The notes: generated by a model not told the origin, from the letters alone. A DNA stretch of 20,000 nucleotides from an uncultured virus (IMG/VR IMGVR_UViG_3300017938_000552) (IMGVR_UViG_3300017938_000552); one strand, 5' to 3'; shown: positions 1 to 8,866, numbered from the stretch's first letter. Made by a program: numbers and translations.

Positions 1-100
1 CTGTGCCCCAAGGATCATCTTTTTTAGGTTCTTCCTTCTTTTCCTCTATATGAGCTTTGGGGTGTCTAACACCATGATGATGACTGTGTACCATTTTCAT
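1..100 (-). CDS. Partial small protein (N-terminus MKMVHSHHHGVRHPKAHIEEKKEEPKKDDPWGT...), runs off the window
   Basis: Hand translation. The ATG abuts the stop of 101..430 in a GAGG-TAA-ATG junction like those in the downstream arrays. Confidence 0.6.
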   Translation of the reverse strand, partial: MKMVHSHHHGVRHPKAHIEEKKEEPKKDDPWGT

Positions 101-430
101 TTACCTCTTGTATGGATAGAATGTCTCACCGCAGTTACGACACAGATACTTTTCGTATGATGGTGAATATTCCGTGAAACGAGACTTGCACTTTGGACAC
201 CTATATACATGTGGTTTACTTACTTTCGTGGTTCTGTATGTGAATTTCACGTTATGATCCTTCAAATATGTTTTTACATTAAGAACCACAGACTTTGGAG
301 AACTTGTGTCTATGGCGATTGTATCATCTGTATAAAGCACAATTGTGCCTAAGTTACGAATTCTACTACCAAGATGTTCCTTCTGTGGATGGGGCATCCT
401 GTTTACCTTGAATATAACTCTGCTAGTCAT
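101..430 (-). CDS. Small basic protein with C-terminal zinc ribbon
   Basis: CPKC-x14-CRNC motif; conserved promoter element 31 nt upstream of the ATG. Confidence 0.8.
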   Translation of the reverse strand: MTSRVIFKVNRMPHPQKEHLGSRIRNLGTIVLYTDDTIAIDTSSPKSVVLNVKTYLKDHNVKFTYRTTKVSKPHVYRCPKCKSRFTEYSPSYEKYLCRNCGETFYPYKR

Positions 431-460
431 TACTATCGGTAATAGTTATAGCATACTAAT

Positions 461-477
461 ATTTAAATGTTATGATA
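461..477 (-). promoter_or_regulatory. Conserved promoter element, copy 1 (TATCATAACA + TATA box TTTAAAT)
   Basis: + strand ATTTAAATGTTATGATA, 31 nt from the ATG at 430. Confidence 0.85.
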
Positions 478-486
478 TAAAAATAG

Positions 487-774
487 CTATGAATTTAAAA
501 CTTCCCAAACAGCATACTTGGTTACAGCCTCAGAACCAAGCAACTTTCCACTCTCATTGTAAATAAATCCCAAAACAGCACCACCGAACATTCTAGCGGA
601 ATGGTCTAAGAATCCCTCTATAATTCTACCAGATTTTAAGTCTCTAACTCTGTACCATTTTCCAGCCGTTGGAGAATATTTTATTATTGTATATTTGTGC
701 CCACTTGGTTTCTCACGTGGATACTTTAACCTCTTGTATTTATCATCACTACTACTGTTTTTGGTTTTTACCAT
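487..774 (-). CDS. Small basic hypothetical protein
   Basis: 95-aa K/R-rich ORF with its own copy of the conserved promoter. Confidence 0.8.
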   Translation of the reverse strand: MVKTKNSSSDDKYKRLKYPREKPSGHKYTIIKYSPTAGKWYRVRDLKSGRIIEGFLDHSARMFGGAVLGFIYNESGKLLGSEAVTKYAVWEVLNS

Positions 775-803
775 CTACATCAAATAGTATTAACTCTGGA
801 AGA

Positions 804-820
804 ATTTAAATGTTATGATA
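804..820 (-). promoter_or_regulatory. Conserved promoter element, copy 2
   Basis: ATTTAAATGTTATGATA, 30 nt from the ATG at 774. Confidence 0.85.
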
Positions 821-832
821 TGAAAATTTATA

Positions 833-1225
833 TTACTTTAAATATTCAGAAACTGAAACGACCTTTTTGCCCTTTTCATAATCCACAACTGTTGCATCGT
901 GATCCTTCATAATTCTAAATACTTTACCCATGAACTTTTTGCGTAAATCTCTCTGTGCATCCATATACTTTTTTTCATCATTTGCTGTATCTCTCATAGA
1001 AATTGCATATCCAATTGAGGGAGGACTTACACTTATTTCAGTAACACGTTTTCCCTTTTTAACATATACTTTTTCAGCATTTGCCATACGTGATCTAGCA
1101 CCATATGGTCTAACCCTACTTATCGCAGAAGATACCTTTTTTAAATCCTTAGATGGTATGTGGAATGTCGTGAATGTTGCTTTTTTATCTGAAATAGAAA
1201 TTGCTTTACTTCTTTTTCCAACCAT
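833..1225 (-). CDS. Basic hypothetical protein (start revised to the ATG at 1225, MVGKRSK...)
   Basis: ORF track 833..1234. The ATG at 1225 gives the same 30-nt spacing to the promoter element as the other copies. Confidence 0.8.
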   Translation of the reverse strand: MVGKRSKAISISDKKATFTTFHIPSKDLKKVSSAISRVRPYGARSRMANAEKVYVKKGKRVTEISVSPPSIGYAISMRDTANDEKKYMDAQRDLRKKFMGKVFRIMKDHDATVVDYEKGKKVVSVSEYLK

Positions 1226-1254
1226 AGCTATCACTTATTTATAGATACCAGAGT

Positions 1255-1271
1255 ATTTAAATGTTATGATA
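1255..1271 (-). promoter_or_regulatory. Conserved promoter element, copy 3
   Basis: ATTTAAATGTTATGATA, 30 nt from the ATG at 1225. Confidence 0.85.
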
Positions 1272-1276
1272 TAAAA

Positions 1277-1717
1277 TCAACGTGCTGGAATTGGGGCAAA
1301 CGGATTGTAAATCTTATATATTATAAAACCGAATATAAGTAATACCATAAGTATATCTATAACCGTTTGTGATGGATTCACACGATACCAAATTCCTCTG
1401 CCGATCCTCTCTGCAATATTCATAAGCCAACTACCCAACATCAGGGAACCATTCACAAGAACATAACCAACAAGACACAATGTAAAAAGAAGCATAATGG
1501 ATATTCCACCATCTGTGTTTAACTTGAAAGTCATATTAAATATTTCTGGTTCAAATGCATCTATAGCAAGGATAATAAACATTAAACCAACCACCATTTC
1601 AACCATATTATATTGAAATGAATCTCTAAACGAATATTTTACTGGTTCTGTTTCTGGGTCTGTTTCATCTTCCTTTAGAATCTCTTTTACCTTCTCTTTC
1701 AGTTCAGCAAAGTTCAA
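1277..1717 (-). CDS. Membrane protein (about 3 TM helices)
   Basis: Three long hydrophobic segments; TTG start with TTTATATA about 30 nt upstream. Confidence 0.75.
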   Translation of the reverse strand: MNFAELKEKVKEILKEDETDPETEPVKYSFRDSFQYNMVEMVVGLMFIILAIDAFEPEIFNMTFKLNTDGGISIMLLFTLCLVGYVLVNGSLMLGSWLMNIAERIGRGIWYRVNPSQTVIDILMVLLIFGFIIYKIYNPFAPIPAR

Positions 1718-1785
1718 CTTATGTCATAATATGATATTGATTTCTATATATAAATCTTTCTTTTTCAGAAGTATATTTGATATAA

Positions 1786-2412
1786 TTATACCTGTGAAAC
1801 TGACCTTTTTGGCAAATATTCCCAACCAATCTCATCCAGTATCCATCTTTTTGTTTGATTGGTTAGTGTTTCAAGCATCTCGGATTTCACACTTCTAAGG
1901 TGCATCTCACTTAGCTCATCCTCATTTATTTTAACTCTTTGTGGTGGTCTAGTCACTGTGACACCAACCATATGATAGCCATACCAAGGTGGTTTGTCAC
2001 GTATTATCTTGAAATTATCCAAATCCACTTCAATTATACCAATGCTTTTGTGTACCTGATCAGGTTCAATCAAATCCTTCGGGATTAGTAGATAGTTATA
2101 GTGGCAACTATTGTGAATAAATCCATTATTAAAGTCAGACTTTGAAATCTTGACCTCTATACCCCTAAGTATTTCCCTCTTATTTGTCTGGTATGTCTCT
2201 TTGTTCGGTGGCAGATATTCCCACCCTATACCAAGAATGTCGATATGATAGTGTGCATCGTTTTTTATTGGATTTTGAAAATCCCTAAAATAATATGAAT
2301 AAACAGGAACCTCTGTTGAGATTTCGTGACATCCCATCTTTTCAAGGAAAAGAAAACCTATTTTTGTTAAAATCTGGGTTTTCTTTTTGTTATATATCCA
2401 GTTCTGTGACAT
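1786..2412 (-). CDS. PD-(D/E)XK-superfamily nuclease-like protein (MmcB-like)
   Basis: TEV...IDILGI...GIEVKISKSDF...CHYNYLLIP...GII pattern resembles the E-D-EVK-S-D core of MmcB-like endonucleases. Recognised by eye. Confidence 0.6.
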   Translation of the reverse strand: MSQNWIYNKKKTQILTKIGFLFLEKMGCHEISTEVPVYSYYFRDFQNPIKNDAHYHIDILGIGWEYLPPNKETYQTNKREILRGIEVKISKSDFNNGFIHNSCHYNYLLIPKDLIEPDQVHKSIGIIEVDLDNFKIIRDKPPWYGYHMVGVTVTRPPQRVKINEDELSEMHLRSVKSEMLETLTNQTKRWILDEIGWEYLPKRSVSQV

Positions 2413-2831
2413 TATTGATCATCTAACCTAAAAACACTTCTGGTGCAAATACAGTATATGTCACCAGAACCAAGCAATAAAACCAATAATAAATATTGAA
2501 CCAAAGTAATGTTAAGAATAGAAAATAATTGAATTATGATTGGTGCAAACATTAAATTAGCTAATATTCCAGATATGTAATTTATTGGCATTAGATTTTT
2601 TGGTATTAAAGATTGATTAATTATTGTTGTCGGGTTGCCATTATGAATTGTAAACCCCCAAAATGCTCCAAACCAAGATGCTGTGAGTGCGTGTCCCAAT
2701 TCGTGAGAAGCCACAAATATGAACAAACCAATAACTAATAAGGGTGTTTTTATGCTATCAACTATTATAGCTATCAATACAAATGGAATTATGAATTTAT
2801 ATACATCAACAAGTTTCATTATTTTAAACAC
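2412..2831 (-). CDS. Membrane zinc metalloprotease-like protein (M50/site-2-protease-like)
   Basis: HELGH (HExxH) at the end of a TM helix, then SGILAN (like AGPxxN) and a distal GD; highly hydrophobic. Confidence 0.65.
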   Translation of the reverse strand: MFKIMKLVDVYKFIIPFVLIAIIVDSIKTPLLVIGLFIFVASHELGHALTASWFGAFWGFTIHNGNPTTIINQSLIPKNLMPINYISGILANLMFAPIIIQLFSILNITLVQYLLLVLLLGSGDIYCICTRSVFRLDDQ

Positions 2832-2852
2832 CTATTCTGTCATATTCATCCC

Positions 2853-3194
2853 CTAAAAGCACTTTTGATACTTTATACCGTAAAATGAACCACGATTTTC
2901 TTCCTCAAAATCGAAGTAAAGTTTCCTCTGCTGATTCAGGTCATTCAAAGCACGACTCCAATCACCAACACCGACAAGGTGTGTTTTTTTCCCCGTTAAT
3001 ATGAAATCTAATATTTTTTTCTTTTCCTTTGCATTAACAGTTGTTGCAAAATGAAGATTTGTACGTTTGTTAAATATAGACTCAAGATAAAATTCGGTAT
3101 ATCTTCTCATACCTTTGTCTGTTTTCGGATGTATTTTTAGCATCACACCATCATCGTTTACCCACCATAATTCAGATATTTGTTTCCAGACCAT
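2853..3194 (-). CDS. Hypothetical protein
   Basis: ORF track 2853..3203. The ATG at 3194 follows a GGTG...TAAAATG junction. Confidence 0.65.
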   Translation of the reverse strand: MVWKQISELWWVNDDGVMLKIHPKTDKGMRRYTEFYLESIFNKRTNLHFATTVNAKEKKKILDFILTGKKTHLVGVGDWSRALNDLNQQRKLYFDFEEENRGSFYGIKYQKCF

Positions 3195-3195
3195 T

Positions 3196-3423
3196 TTAAG
3201 CACCTATGTATTGATAGTATCCACGACTTTCAACTGTCCAAGTTCCATCCTTGTTGTCCCTTAGTTCAGCACCACCGACAAAGTAGGAAATTGCTTCCAT
3301 CATAAACTCTGCATCTTTCAGGTTTCTCACCGTAACGGGTTTTGTTGGAAGTTTCCACTGTTTGTCGTTTGATACGTTTTGAAAGATTCGCCTGTACTTC
3401 TTAATTAAAACATCATCTACCAT
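3196..3423 (-). CDS. Hypothetical protein
   Basis: 75-aa ORF with a TATA box (TTTTATATA, 3453-3461) 30 nt upstream. Confidence 0.75.
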   Translation of the reverse strand: MVDDVLIKKYRRIFQNVSNDKQWKLPTKPVTVRNLKDAEFMMEAISYFVGGAELRDNKDGTWTVESRGYYQYIGA

Positions 3424-3477
3424 TTCAGTTCAATTTATAGTAGATATGAACTTATATAAAAGGCTTGTGGATATGTT

Positions 3478-3708
3478 TTATATCCTTCTCTTTCTGTGAT
3501 AACCTATAACACCATTTTCAATGGTTGTGTAAAAGGCATCGTCAACGGGTGTAGGATAATTATTGATTGATTCTTTTGACCTGTCTATTAGCTTTTGTGG
3601 TTCTTCTTCTATGAGATCAACTCGCTGTCGAGTTTTATCGGATTCATTCATACGAGCAACTTGTTCCCAGAAGGTATTTTTATCGGATTCTCTTTTTGTT
3701 GCATCCAT
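3478..3708 (-). CDS. Hypothetical protein
   Basis: 76-aa ORF with CCGTAAACC-TTTTATA upstream (about 3743-3758). Confidence 0.65.
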   Translation of the reverse strand: MDATKRESDKNTFWEQVARMNESDKTRQRVDLIEEEPQKLIDRSKESINNYPTPVDDAFYTTIENGVIGYHRKRRI

Positions 3709-3761
3709 GTTTTGTTACCAAATACAAAGGATACATATCTACTATAAAAGGTTTACGGATT

Positions 3762-3872
3762 TTAGTATCTACTAAAGTAAAACCCAAATAACACAAGAAA
3801 AACCCAAAATACCATAACGGAAAGAGCAGGAATATAAATCTCTAGAAGAAATTCCTTGGTTATTTTATTCAT
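3762..3872 (-). CDS. 36-aa single-pass membrane microprotein (MNKITKEFLLEIYIPALSVMVFWVFLVLFGFYFSRY)
   Basis: Hand translation; GGTG SD upstream, TTTATAA at about 3909-3915; fills the intergenic gap. Confidence 0.55.
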   Translation of the reverse strand: MNKITKEFLLEIYIPALSVMVFWVFLVLFGFYFSRY

Positions 3873-3926
3873 CTTTAACACACCTGTGTCTAATGATAGT
3901 TAATGAACTTATAAACATTGCCTTTT

Positions 3927-4268
3927 TTATAGTTTTATCACAGGAACACTCTTTAAATTATAATAAATTTTTAGCTTCAATTCCTTTGCTCTTTCAAGTT
4001 CAGCATCTGCACCGGGGCTGTGACAGATTAAGTAAAAAGCATCACAAACATCTAACCATTCAAAATCCATATCTGTCCATTTTTTATAATCGAAATCTCC
4101 ATCTGGATGTGTCCAAATGTAATGACTGAGATGTGGAATAAAAGGTGTCCATCCCTTATGTATCAACTGACATCCAACGGATATTGCTTTATCAACATTC
4201 ATTTGAACACACCTAGCATCTTTGGCTGAATAGGGTCCAGCAACATATATTTTCATTTCTTTCACCAA
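3927..4268 (-). CDS. DUF4406/DUF1937-like protein (nucleoside deoxyribosyltransferase-like fold)
   Basis: KIYVAGPYS...PFIPHL...WLDVCDA...SPGADAELERA motifs typical of this phage-associated family. Confidence 0.75.
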   Translation of the reverse strand: MVKEMKIYVAGPYSAKDARCVQMNVDKAISVGCQLIHKGWTPFIPHLSHYIWTHPDGDFDYKKWTDMDFEWLDVCDAFYLICHSPGADAELERAKELKLKIYYNLKSVPVIKL

Positions 4269-4274
4269 TATATT

Positions 4275-4502
4275 TTAACACACCATTAAGTAGTGTTTGT
4301 GGGTTTTTGGCTTCTGTTCACAAGGACATGGGTTTGTATGCCCTGTATGGAATTTTGGTTCTTCGCTGATTTTCCAGTTAGAACTTGTCCCTGTGGGACA
4401 CCTCATGTTGACAAGCATCTCAACTCGTTCTGGGTCTTTAATATTCGTGCAAACTGAACAGTGAACAATCCCCAGACTATAAACTTCAAGTTCATCTTCC
4501 AT
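4275..4502 (-). CDS. Small Cys/His-rich hypothetical protein, probably metal-binding
   Basis: CSVC...CPTG...NPCPC...HKHYLMVC; likely ATG at 4502 (track start 4520). Confidence 0.65.
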   Translation of the reverse strand: MEDELEVYSLGIVHCSVCTNIKDPERVEMLVNMRCPTGTSSNWKISEEPKFHTGHTNPCPCEQKPKTHKHYLMVC

Positions 4503-4553
4503 CTTAAATCCACTACACATTTTAATTGTGTGACTTATATCTAAGATTTGCGG

Positions 4554-4760
4554 TTATTCTAAAAGTTCTCTTATTGTTCTCAAAAGGTTAGCATTTTCTG
4601 GTCTTTTGGATGTTTTTATTGTCTGAGCAAACGACACGGAGTCCCATGCGATAAGAACCTCTTGGTTTGTGTATCCTTTTCCAGATAGTTCTTTCTCAAA
4701 GAAATCCCACATCTTTGTGGTTAGTTCTTTAAGTTTTTCCTCTCTTATAGGTAATGACAT
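4554..4760 (-). CDS. Hypothetical protein
   Basis: 68-aa ORF; ATG overlaps the upstream TAA (TAATG). Confidence 0.65.
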   Translation of the reverse strand: MSLPIREEKLKELTTKMWDFFEKELSGKGYTNQEVLIAWDSVSFAQTIKTSKRPENANLLRTIRELLE

Positions 4761-5266
4761 TATCCTTCAACATCTCCATTGTGGTATTCTTCTATCCAAG
4801 GTCCATACTTCAAGAACTTACAATCAAAGCTATCTTCTGAAGCAAGTCTACGCAATACACGAATCATACCGGGATCGTCATCTATGTAGAGATCGGAATC
4901 AAGTTCCTTGATAATGTCATATTTTGCCTTTCCAACCTTCTCTTGATATTCTGTACCCCAGTTATCAGTACATTTTGGAACTGTAAAGAGGGATATGCGA
5001 TCACCATAAAAATGGTTTAACCACTCTCGTTTTCTCCGAACATCAACATCTGTATAACACCTAGTTAAGCAGTATAGTTGATCCTCTGGAAGTGCTAAAA
5101 GCATGGGATTAAGCAATGGCTTTGTTGCTGTTAGAGAATTTACCTCAAAGGGTCTGAAATCTTTTATAATTTCACATACATGTATCATGGACAGGTCTAA
5201 TTCACGTAAGACCCCATCTAGATCGAAACCTATGGTTAAGGATTTTCTATCATTTTCATGCATCAT
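4760..5266 (-). CDS. HAD-superfamily phosphatase (5'(3')-deoxyribonucleotidase-like)
   Basis: Motif I GFDLDGVL, motif II LTR, Lys of motif III, motif IV YIDDD. Confidence 0.75.
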   Translation of the reverse strand: MMHENDRKSLTIGFDLDGVLRELDLSMIHVCEIIKDFRPFEVNSLTATKPLLNPMLLALPEDQLYCLTRCYTDVDVRRKREWLNHFYGDRISLFTVPKCTDNWGTEYQEKVGKAKYDIIKELDSDLYIDDDPGMIRVLRRLASEDSFDCKFLKYGPWIEEYHNGDVEG

Positions 5267-5299
5267 AATGTATCATCTATTATATGTAGTTTATAAGTC

Positions 5300-5593
5300 T
5301 TACGGTTTCTTAATTCTCTTGATTATTGGTATTCTTATTTTACAATCCTTGGAACAGTGGAAACCGACACCATAGCCATTGTCAGAGCCTATGCCCTGAT
5401 TTGTGCCACAAACCAGACTCAAACGCCATTCACCTTCTCTAATATATCCGGGTGGGAAGAGATCAAATACGGCTTGAAACCTTTCACAATCAACTTCCTT
5501 CTGCTTTTCAACAGCCTCACGTAGTAGAGTCATTGGTGGTTGAACAGTTACATTCATTATCAAATCAATCAACTTCCAGTATGATATTTCCAA
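5300..5593 (-). CDS. Hypothetical protein
   Basis: 97-aa ORF in a co-oriented string; start uncertain. Confidence 0.55.
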   Translation of the reverse strand: MEISYWKLIDLIMNVTVQPPMTLLREAVEKQKEVDCERFQAVFDLFPPGYIREGEWRLSLVCGTNQGIGSDNGYGVGFHCSKDCKIRIPIIKRIKKP

Positions 5594-5769
5594 TTTTGAT
5601 AGAGTGGACAGATTTTTGGATCACATGGATGTTTATAATATGTATGGTCTATCCTATCACCAATCACACAACTAAAATCAACAAGTTCTTTTTCTGTTGA
5701 AAATAAACCTGTTTTCTTATCTTCATACATTCCTTTTTGAAAGGCACATACTCTTTCTGGTGATGACAT
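5569..5769 (-). CDS. Small Cys-containing hypothetical protein
   Basis: ATG directly abuts the stop of the phosphoesterase; 4 Cys. Confidence 0.6.
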   Translation of the reverse strand: MSSPERVCAFQKGMYEDKKTGLFSTEKELVDFSCVIGDRIDHTYYKHPCDPKICPLYQNWKYHTGS

Positions 5770-6600
5770 TTACCTAACCTCTTCAAACCTTATATCAAGA
5801 ATATCTCTGTCTCTTGTGCCATTTAGGAACGGATGAACTTCCAATCTCACAGAACCAATTGCTACAGGTGGTAGCATCTTACGGCTGATATATGTACTTT
5901 TCGGTGCTACAAAGCCTTTCTGATATCCACCTGTGAGAACAAAATATTGATCCATATCCACCATTTCATGTAACCTTTCATCGGGTTGGAGATATTGTTC
6001 ATGCAACCACCCAAGTCTATGTACATGTCCCATTGCGAAAACTGCTGGTGTTCTGTAAACATCAACTGGATTATGGATTTTATTGAAGCTGGAACCAGAG
6101 GTTCTTCCACCCCCATCACCATGCCACAATACAAAATCTACGTTTCTCCGTGCCTGACTGTTCTTGACCTTGACCTTGTATCGAACATAGCTCTCATAGT
6201 CACCATAGGGCATTTTAAGTTCTGCACATAGCCAGTTTACATAGTTTACATTCTCAGCCTTTACCCAATCCCTATCATGGTTTCCGATGAGGGCACAATC
6301 CACCTTTGGTGCTATTGGCTTTATGAAATCCCTGAATTCCGTATAGAGTGTAAGTGGGTCGGGTTTTTTGTAGTCACCTTCTTCTCTTCGTGAATCATTT
6401 TTTGGGAAAGAATAACAGTAATCACCCATAAGATTTACTCTTGTGTTCTTATCCTTCATGTCCTCAACAACACGGTCACGGAATCTGTACATGGCTTTTT
6501 CATCTGTGGTTAATGCACCATAGTGATCATCACCATGCAAATAGACAGTGAACGTATCTCGATGAGATTCTAGTTCTATGTTATAAACAAATAACTGCAA
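5770..6600 (-). CDS. Calcineurin-like metallophosphoesterase
   Basis: All five motifs present: GDDH (DxH), MGD, GNHD, WHG, GHVH; TTTATAAA about 30 nt upstream of the TTG. Confidence 0.85.
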   Translation of the reverse strand: MQLFVYNIELESHRDTFTVYLHGDDHYGALTTDEKAMYRFRDRVVEDMKDKNTRVNLMGDYCYSFPKNDSRREEGDYKKPDPLTLYTEFRDFIKPIAPKVDCALIGNHDRDWVKAENVNYVNWLCAELKMPYGDYESYVRYKVKVKNSQARRNVDFVLWHGDGGGRTSGSSFNKIHNPVDVYRTPAVFAMGHVHRLGWLHEQYLQPDERLHEMVDMDQYFVLTGGYQKGFVAPKSTYISRKMLPPVAIGSVRLEVHPFLNGTRDRDILDIRFEEVR

Positions 6601-6698
6601 CTTTAATCTATGGAGAATACATTATATGTATTTATAAACCTTTGTGTTTTAGAAACGGAATGGTTATATACTAGTTCCGTGCTTACTGTTTTGATACT

Positions 6699-6893
6699 AT
6701 GTTAGAGGTTCAGATAACGCCAACAAAGCCTGAATATGCAAAATACGCCTTTGAACTTAGGTTCATCTGTAAGCGTATTTGTTTTGCAAATGACAATATA
6801 GAATTCTTCACCGTATGGGGAGAAGAGGGGTGGGATAGAAGTATACCAACGACAAATGGTTACTTTAATATAGAAATTACAGAAGTGAACTAA
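6699..6893 (+). CDS. Hypothetical protein, first of a 3-gene plus-strand unit
   Basis: TTATATA at 6664-6670 and a GATA-ct-ATG leader; divergent from the phosphoesterase. Confidence 0.6.
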   Translation: MLEVQITPTKPEYAKYAFELRFICKRICFANDNIEFFTVWGEEGWDRSIPTTNGYFNIEITEVN

Positions 6894-6946
6894 ATGAGGG
6901 AAAAAGTTGGATGTCAAACAAGAAATAACCATAGGAGAAATCTATA

Positions 6947-7246
6947 ATGGTATTTGGATTAGGTAATAAAGATAATGATAATCAACCAAGAACAATTATT
7001 ATAAATTTCGGTGATAGGGTCTTTCTCGACAATTTTGTTTTAACAAACTCTGGGTTAAATCATGGTGAACTTGTGTTATCAGTGTATTACACAGAAGGTA
7101 CATATGAAGGATATACTTTTAGGTCTTTTATTTATTCACTATTTCCCACATATAATTCTAAGTTTACCATTGGACATCATCAAATAGAAGTACAAAGTAT
7201 AGTAGGAGATACAATTACCATAGAATCGACTATAATAAAGGAATGA
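6947..7246 (+). CDS. Hypothetical beta-rich protein
   Basis: AGGAG SD upstream of the ATG; 99 aa. Confidence 0.7.
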   Translation: MVFGLGNKDNDNQPRTIIINFGDRVFLDNFVLTNSGLNHGELVLSVYYTEGTYEGYTFRSFIYSLFPTYNSKFTIGHHQIEVQSIVGDTITIESTIIKE

Positions 7247-7254
7247 TGAAGTAA

Positions 7255-7695
7255 ATGAGAGAAAGAACAGGGGTAAACACAAAATTCCAAAATTTGATAA
7301 AATTCCCAGAACTTGGTGGAAAGTGGACTAACACTGGTGAGGGTGGATTAAATGTTTACGCAGTAATACTTCAGCCTGAAAAGTTGGAGAACTATTATGC
7401 AAAGTGCCTAACGGGTACTCCGGGCTGGGAAGATATGGAAGGTGTACTTTTCCCCGAGAAATACATAGAAATCAGTGATGCTATGCATGAACAAGAACAA
7501 ATAAATTATTCACCATCATTTGAACCTGCAAACTTGGTAATGTTGATTGGAACGACTAAGATCGCTTTCTGGGATGGAAATTTCTATTTCACAGCCAAGA
7601 TGAATGATCTCACAGACCACGGTAAGGACTTGTTCGATATAATTAAATTTGCTTATGGTGTGTATCCAGACATAGTTACTCTGTTGGATACTTAG
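7255..7695 (+). CDS. Hypothetical acidic protein
   Basis: 146-aa ORF 8 nt after the previous stop. Confidence 0.75.
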   Translation: MRERTGVNTKFQNLIKFPELGGKWTNTGEGGLNVYAVILQPEKLENYYAKCLTGTPGWEDMEGVLFPEKYIEISDAMHEQEQINYSPSFEPANLVMLIGTTKIAFWDGNFYFTAKMNDLTDHGKDLFDIIKFAYGVYPDIVTLLDT

Positions 7696-7701
7696 TTATT
7701 C

Positions 7702-7911
7702 TTATGGTCTAAGAAGGTTCATACGTGGATTTTTAACTAACACTATACTTCTTATTTTATAAGGATAATCTTTCTCGAATTTACATCTTGCCTCTTTTTT
7801 ATTCTGAGCAATAATATATTTACCAGAACACATTATAATTGCTTTTTCTGGATGAGCATAGTGCATAGAATATGAAAGCATATACAATTTATCCCTATGC
7901 TTTCTAACCAT
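7702..7911 (-). CDS. Small basic hypothetical protein
   Basis: 69-aa K/R-rich ORF following 7920..8261. Confidence 0.6.
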   Translation of the reverse strand: MVRKHRDKLYMLSYSMHYAHPEKAIIMCSGKYIIAQNKKEARCKFEKDYPYKIRSIVLVKNPRMNLLRP

Positions 7912-7919
7912 TCACAAGC

Positions 7920-8261
7920 CTACTTTTTCTTAGCCTTGCCGAATTCTCTTTCCATTTCTTTATAGATTTTGCTCTCAGATTTTCCTCTAAAATTATCTGC
8001 CATATGTCTGCCTATAGAATTGGTTAAAAATCTATCTTCGATGAACTTATCTGTTTTCTTAGCATCCTTGAAGTATTTCATAACAGGCTTGTCAGTTCCC
8101 TTTCGCCTATTTATGCTACCGACATACCCAAACGGAAAGTCATTCACATATTTCTGAAGGGTTGGTCGTTTCCAAATCCTATCAGGAATCAGACCTTGCT
8201 TTGCGTGTACTGTTCCTCTTTTTTCTTTCTTGTTGTAATCATACTGAACATACTTGACCAT
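7920..8261 (-). CDS. Basic hypothetical protein
   Basis: 113-aa K/R-rich ORF; BRE/TATA CCGAAACG-TTTAAATA about 30 nt upstream; GATAAACA leader. Confidence 0.8.
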   Translation of the reverse strand: MVKYVQYDYNKKEKRGTVHAKQGLIPDRIWKRPTLQKYVNDFPFGYVGSINRRKGTDKPVMKYFKDAKKTDKFIEDRFLTNSIGRHMADNFRGKSESKIYKEMEREFGKAKKK

Positions 8262-8265
8262 TGTT

Positions 8266-8275
8266 TATCATAACA
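8266..8275 (+). promoter_or_regulatory. Inverted copy of the TATCATAACA element over the predicted start site of 7920..8261
   Basis: Exact TATCATAACA on the + strand, 5 nt from the ATG, opposite in orientation to the 7 other copies. Confidence 0.5.
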
Positions 8276-8310
8276 ATTATATAGCCAAGTATATTTAAAC
8301 GTTTCGGTGG

Positions 8311-8493
8311 TTACTTTATCTTCTCTATCTTTACATTTCTTTCTATGTCTCGTTCCATGATTTCAGTACCACATCTGAAATGTTCGGTCAACTTGTCTAT
8401 TACAGCACTCAGAATTTCAGATTCCAAGTCTACATTAATTACATCAGCCAAAATGTCTAGTTCTGGTGATATTTTTACTTTGTATTCTGTCAT
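8311..8493 (-). CDS. Hypothetical protein
   Basis: 60-aa ORF abutting the upstream stop (TAAATG). Confidence 0.6.
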   Translation of the reverse strand: MTEYKVKISPELDILADVINVDLESEILSAVIDKLTEHFRCGTEIMERDIERNVKIEKIK

Positions 8494-8715
8494 TTATTCC
8501 ACTTCCATTTCGTTATAAATATATCCTTCATCCCCTGTTCTATATCCAGTCGGAAGTTCCTCAATTTCCTCATTTTCATCTTTATGAAAAATGTTCTCAT
8601 GTACAAAACCAATCTTCTGTTTGCAAAAGGCTAGTGCATCCTCTTTGTGCTTGAAAGCCTTTATGAACTGGGAACCTTCATGGTCCGTGAAATGCTCAAC
8701 CACATATACCATCAT
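8494..8715 (-). CDS. Small acidic hypothetical protein
   Basis: VYVV...FKHKEDALAFC pattern common in viral small proteins; TTAAATA about 32 nt upstream; GATA leader. Confidence 0.7.
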   Translation of the reverse strand: MMVYVVEHFTDHEGSQFIKAFKHKEDALAFCKQKIGFVHENIFHKDENEEIEELPTGYRTGDEGYIYNEMEVE

Positions 8716-8866
8716 TTCTATCAGATAACAATATGATAGGAACTAATATTTAAGGGTTGTGTTCTACCACAGAAATATAATATTTATCTCAATACCACAT
8801 TCTAACAAAGAAAAGAATCAGTGAAATAGCAAATGCAACAACAACCAACCTTAAACTTCGTGACAA

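Noticed and set aside
461..1271. Three near-identical repeats 340-450 nt apart as a CRISPR array or integron attC sites
   Set aside because: Repeats are only about 17-20 nt, the 'spacers' are whole genes, each repeat contains a TATA box at a fixed distance from an ATG, and no cas or integrase gene is present.
8789..8866. 25-aa hydrophobic ORF (TTG start, SRSLRLVVVAFAISLILFFVRMWY) on the minus strand
   Set aside because: Plausible microprotein abutting the upstream stop, but too short and with a weak start to support confidently.
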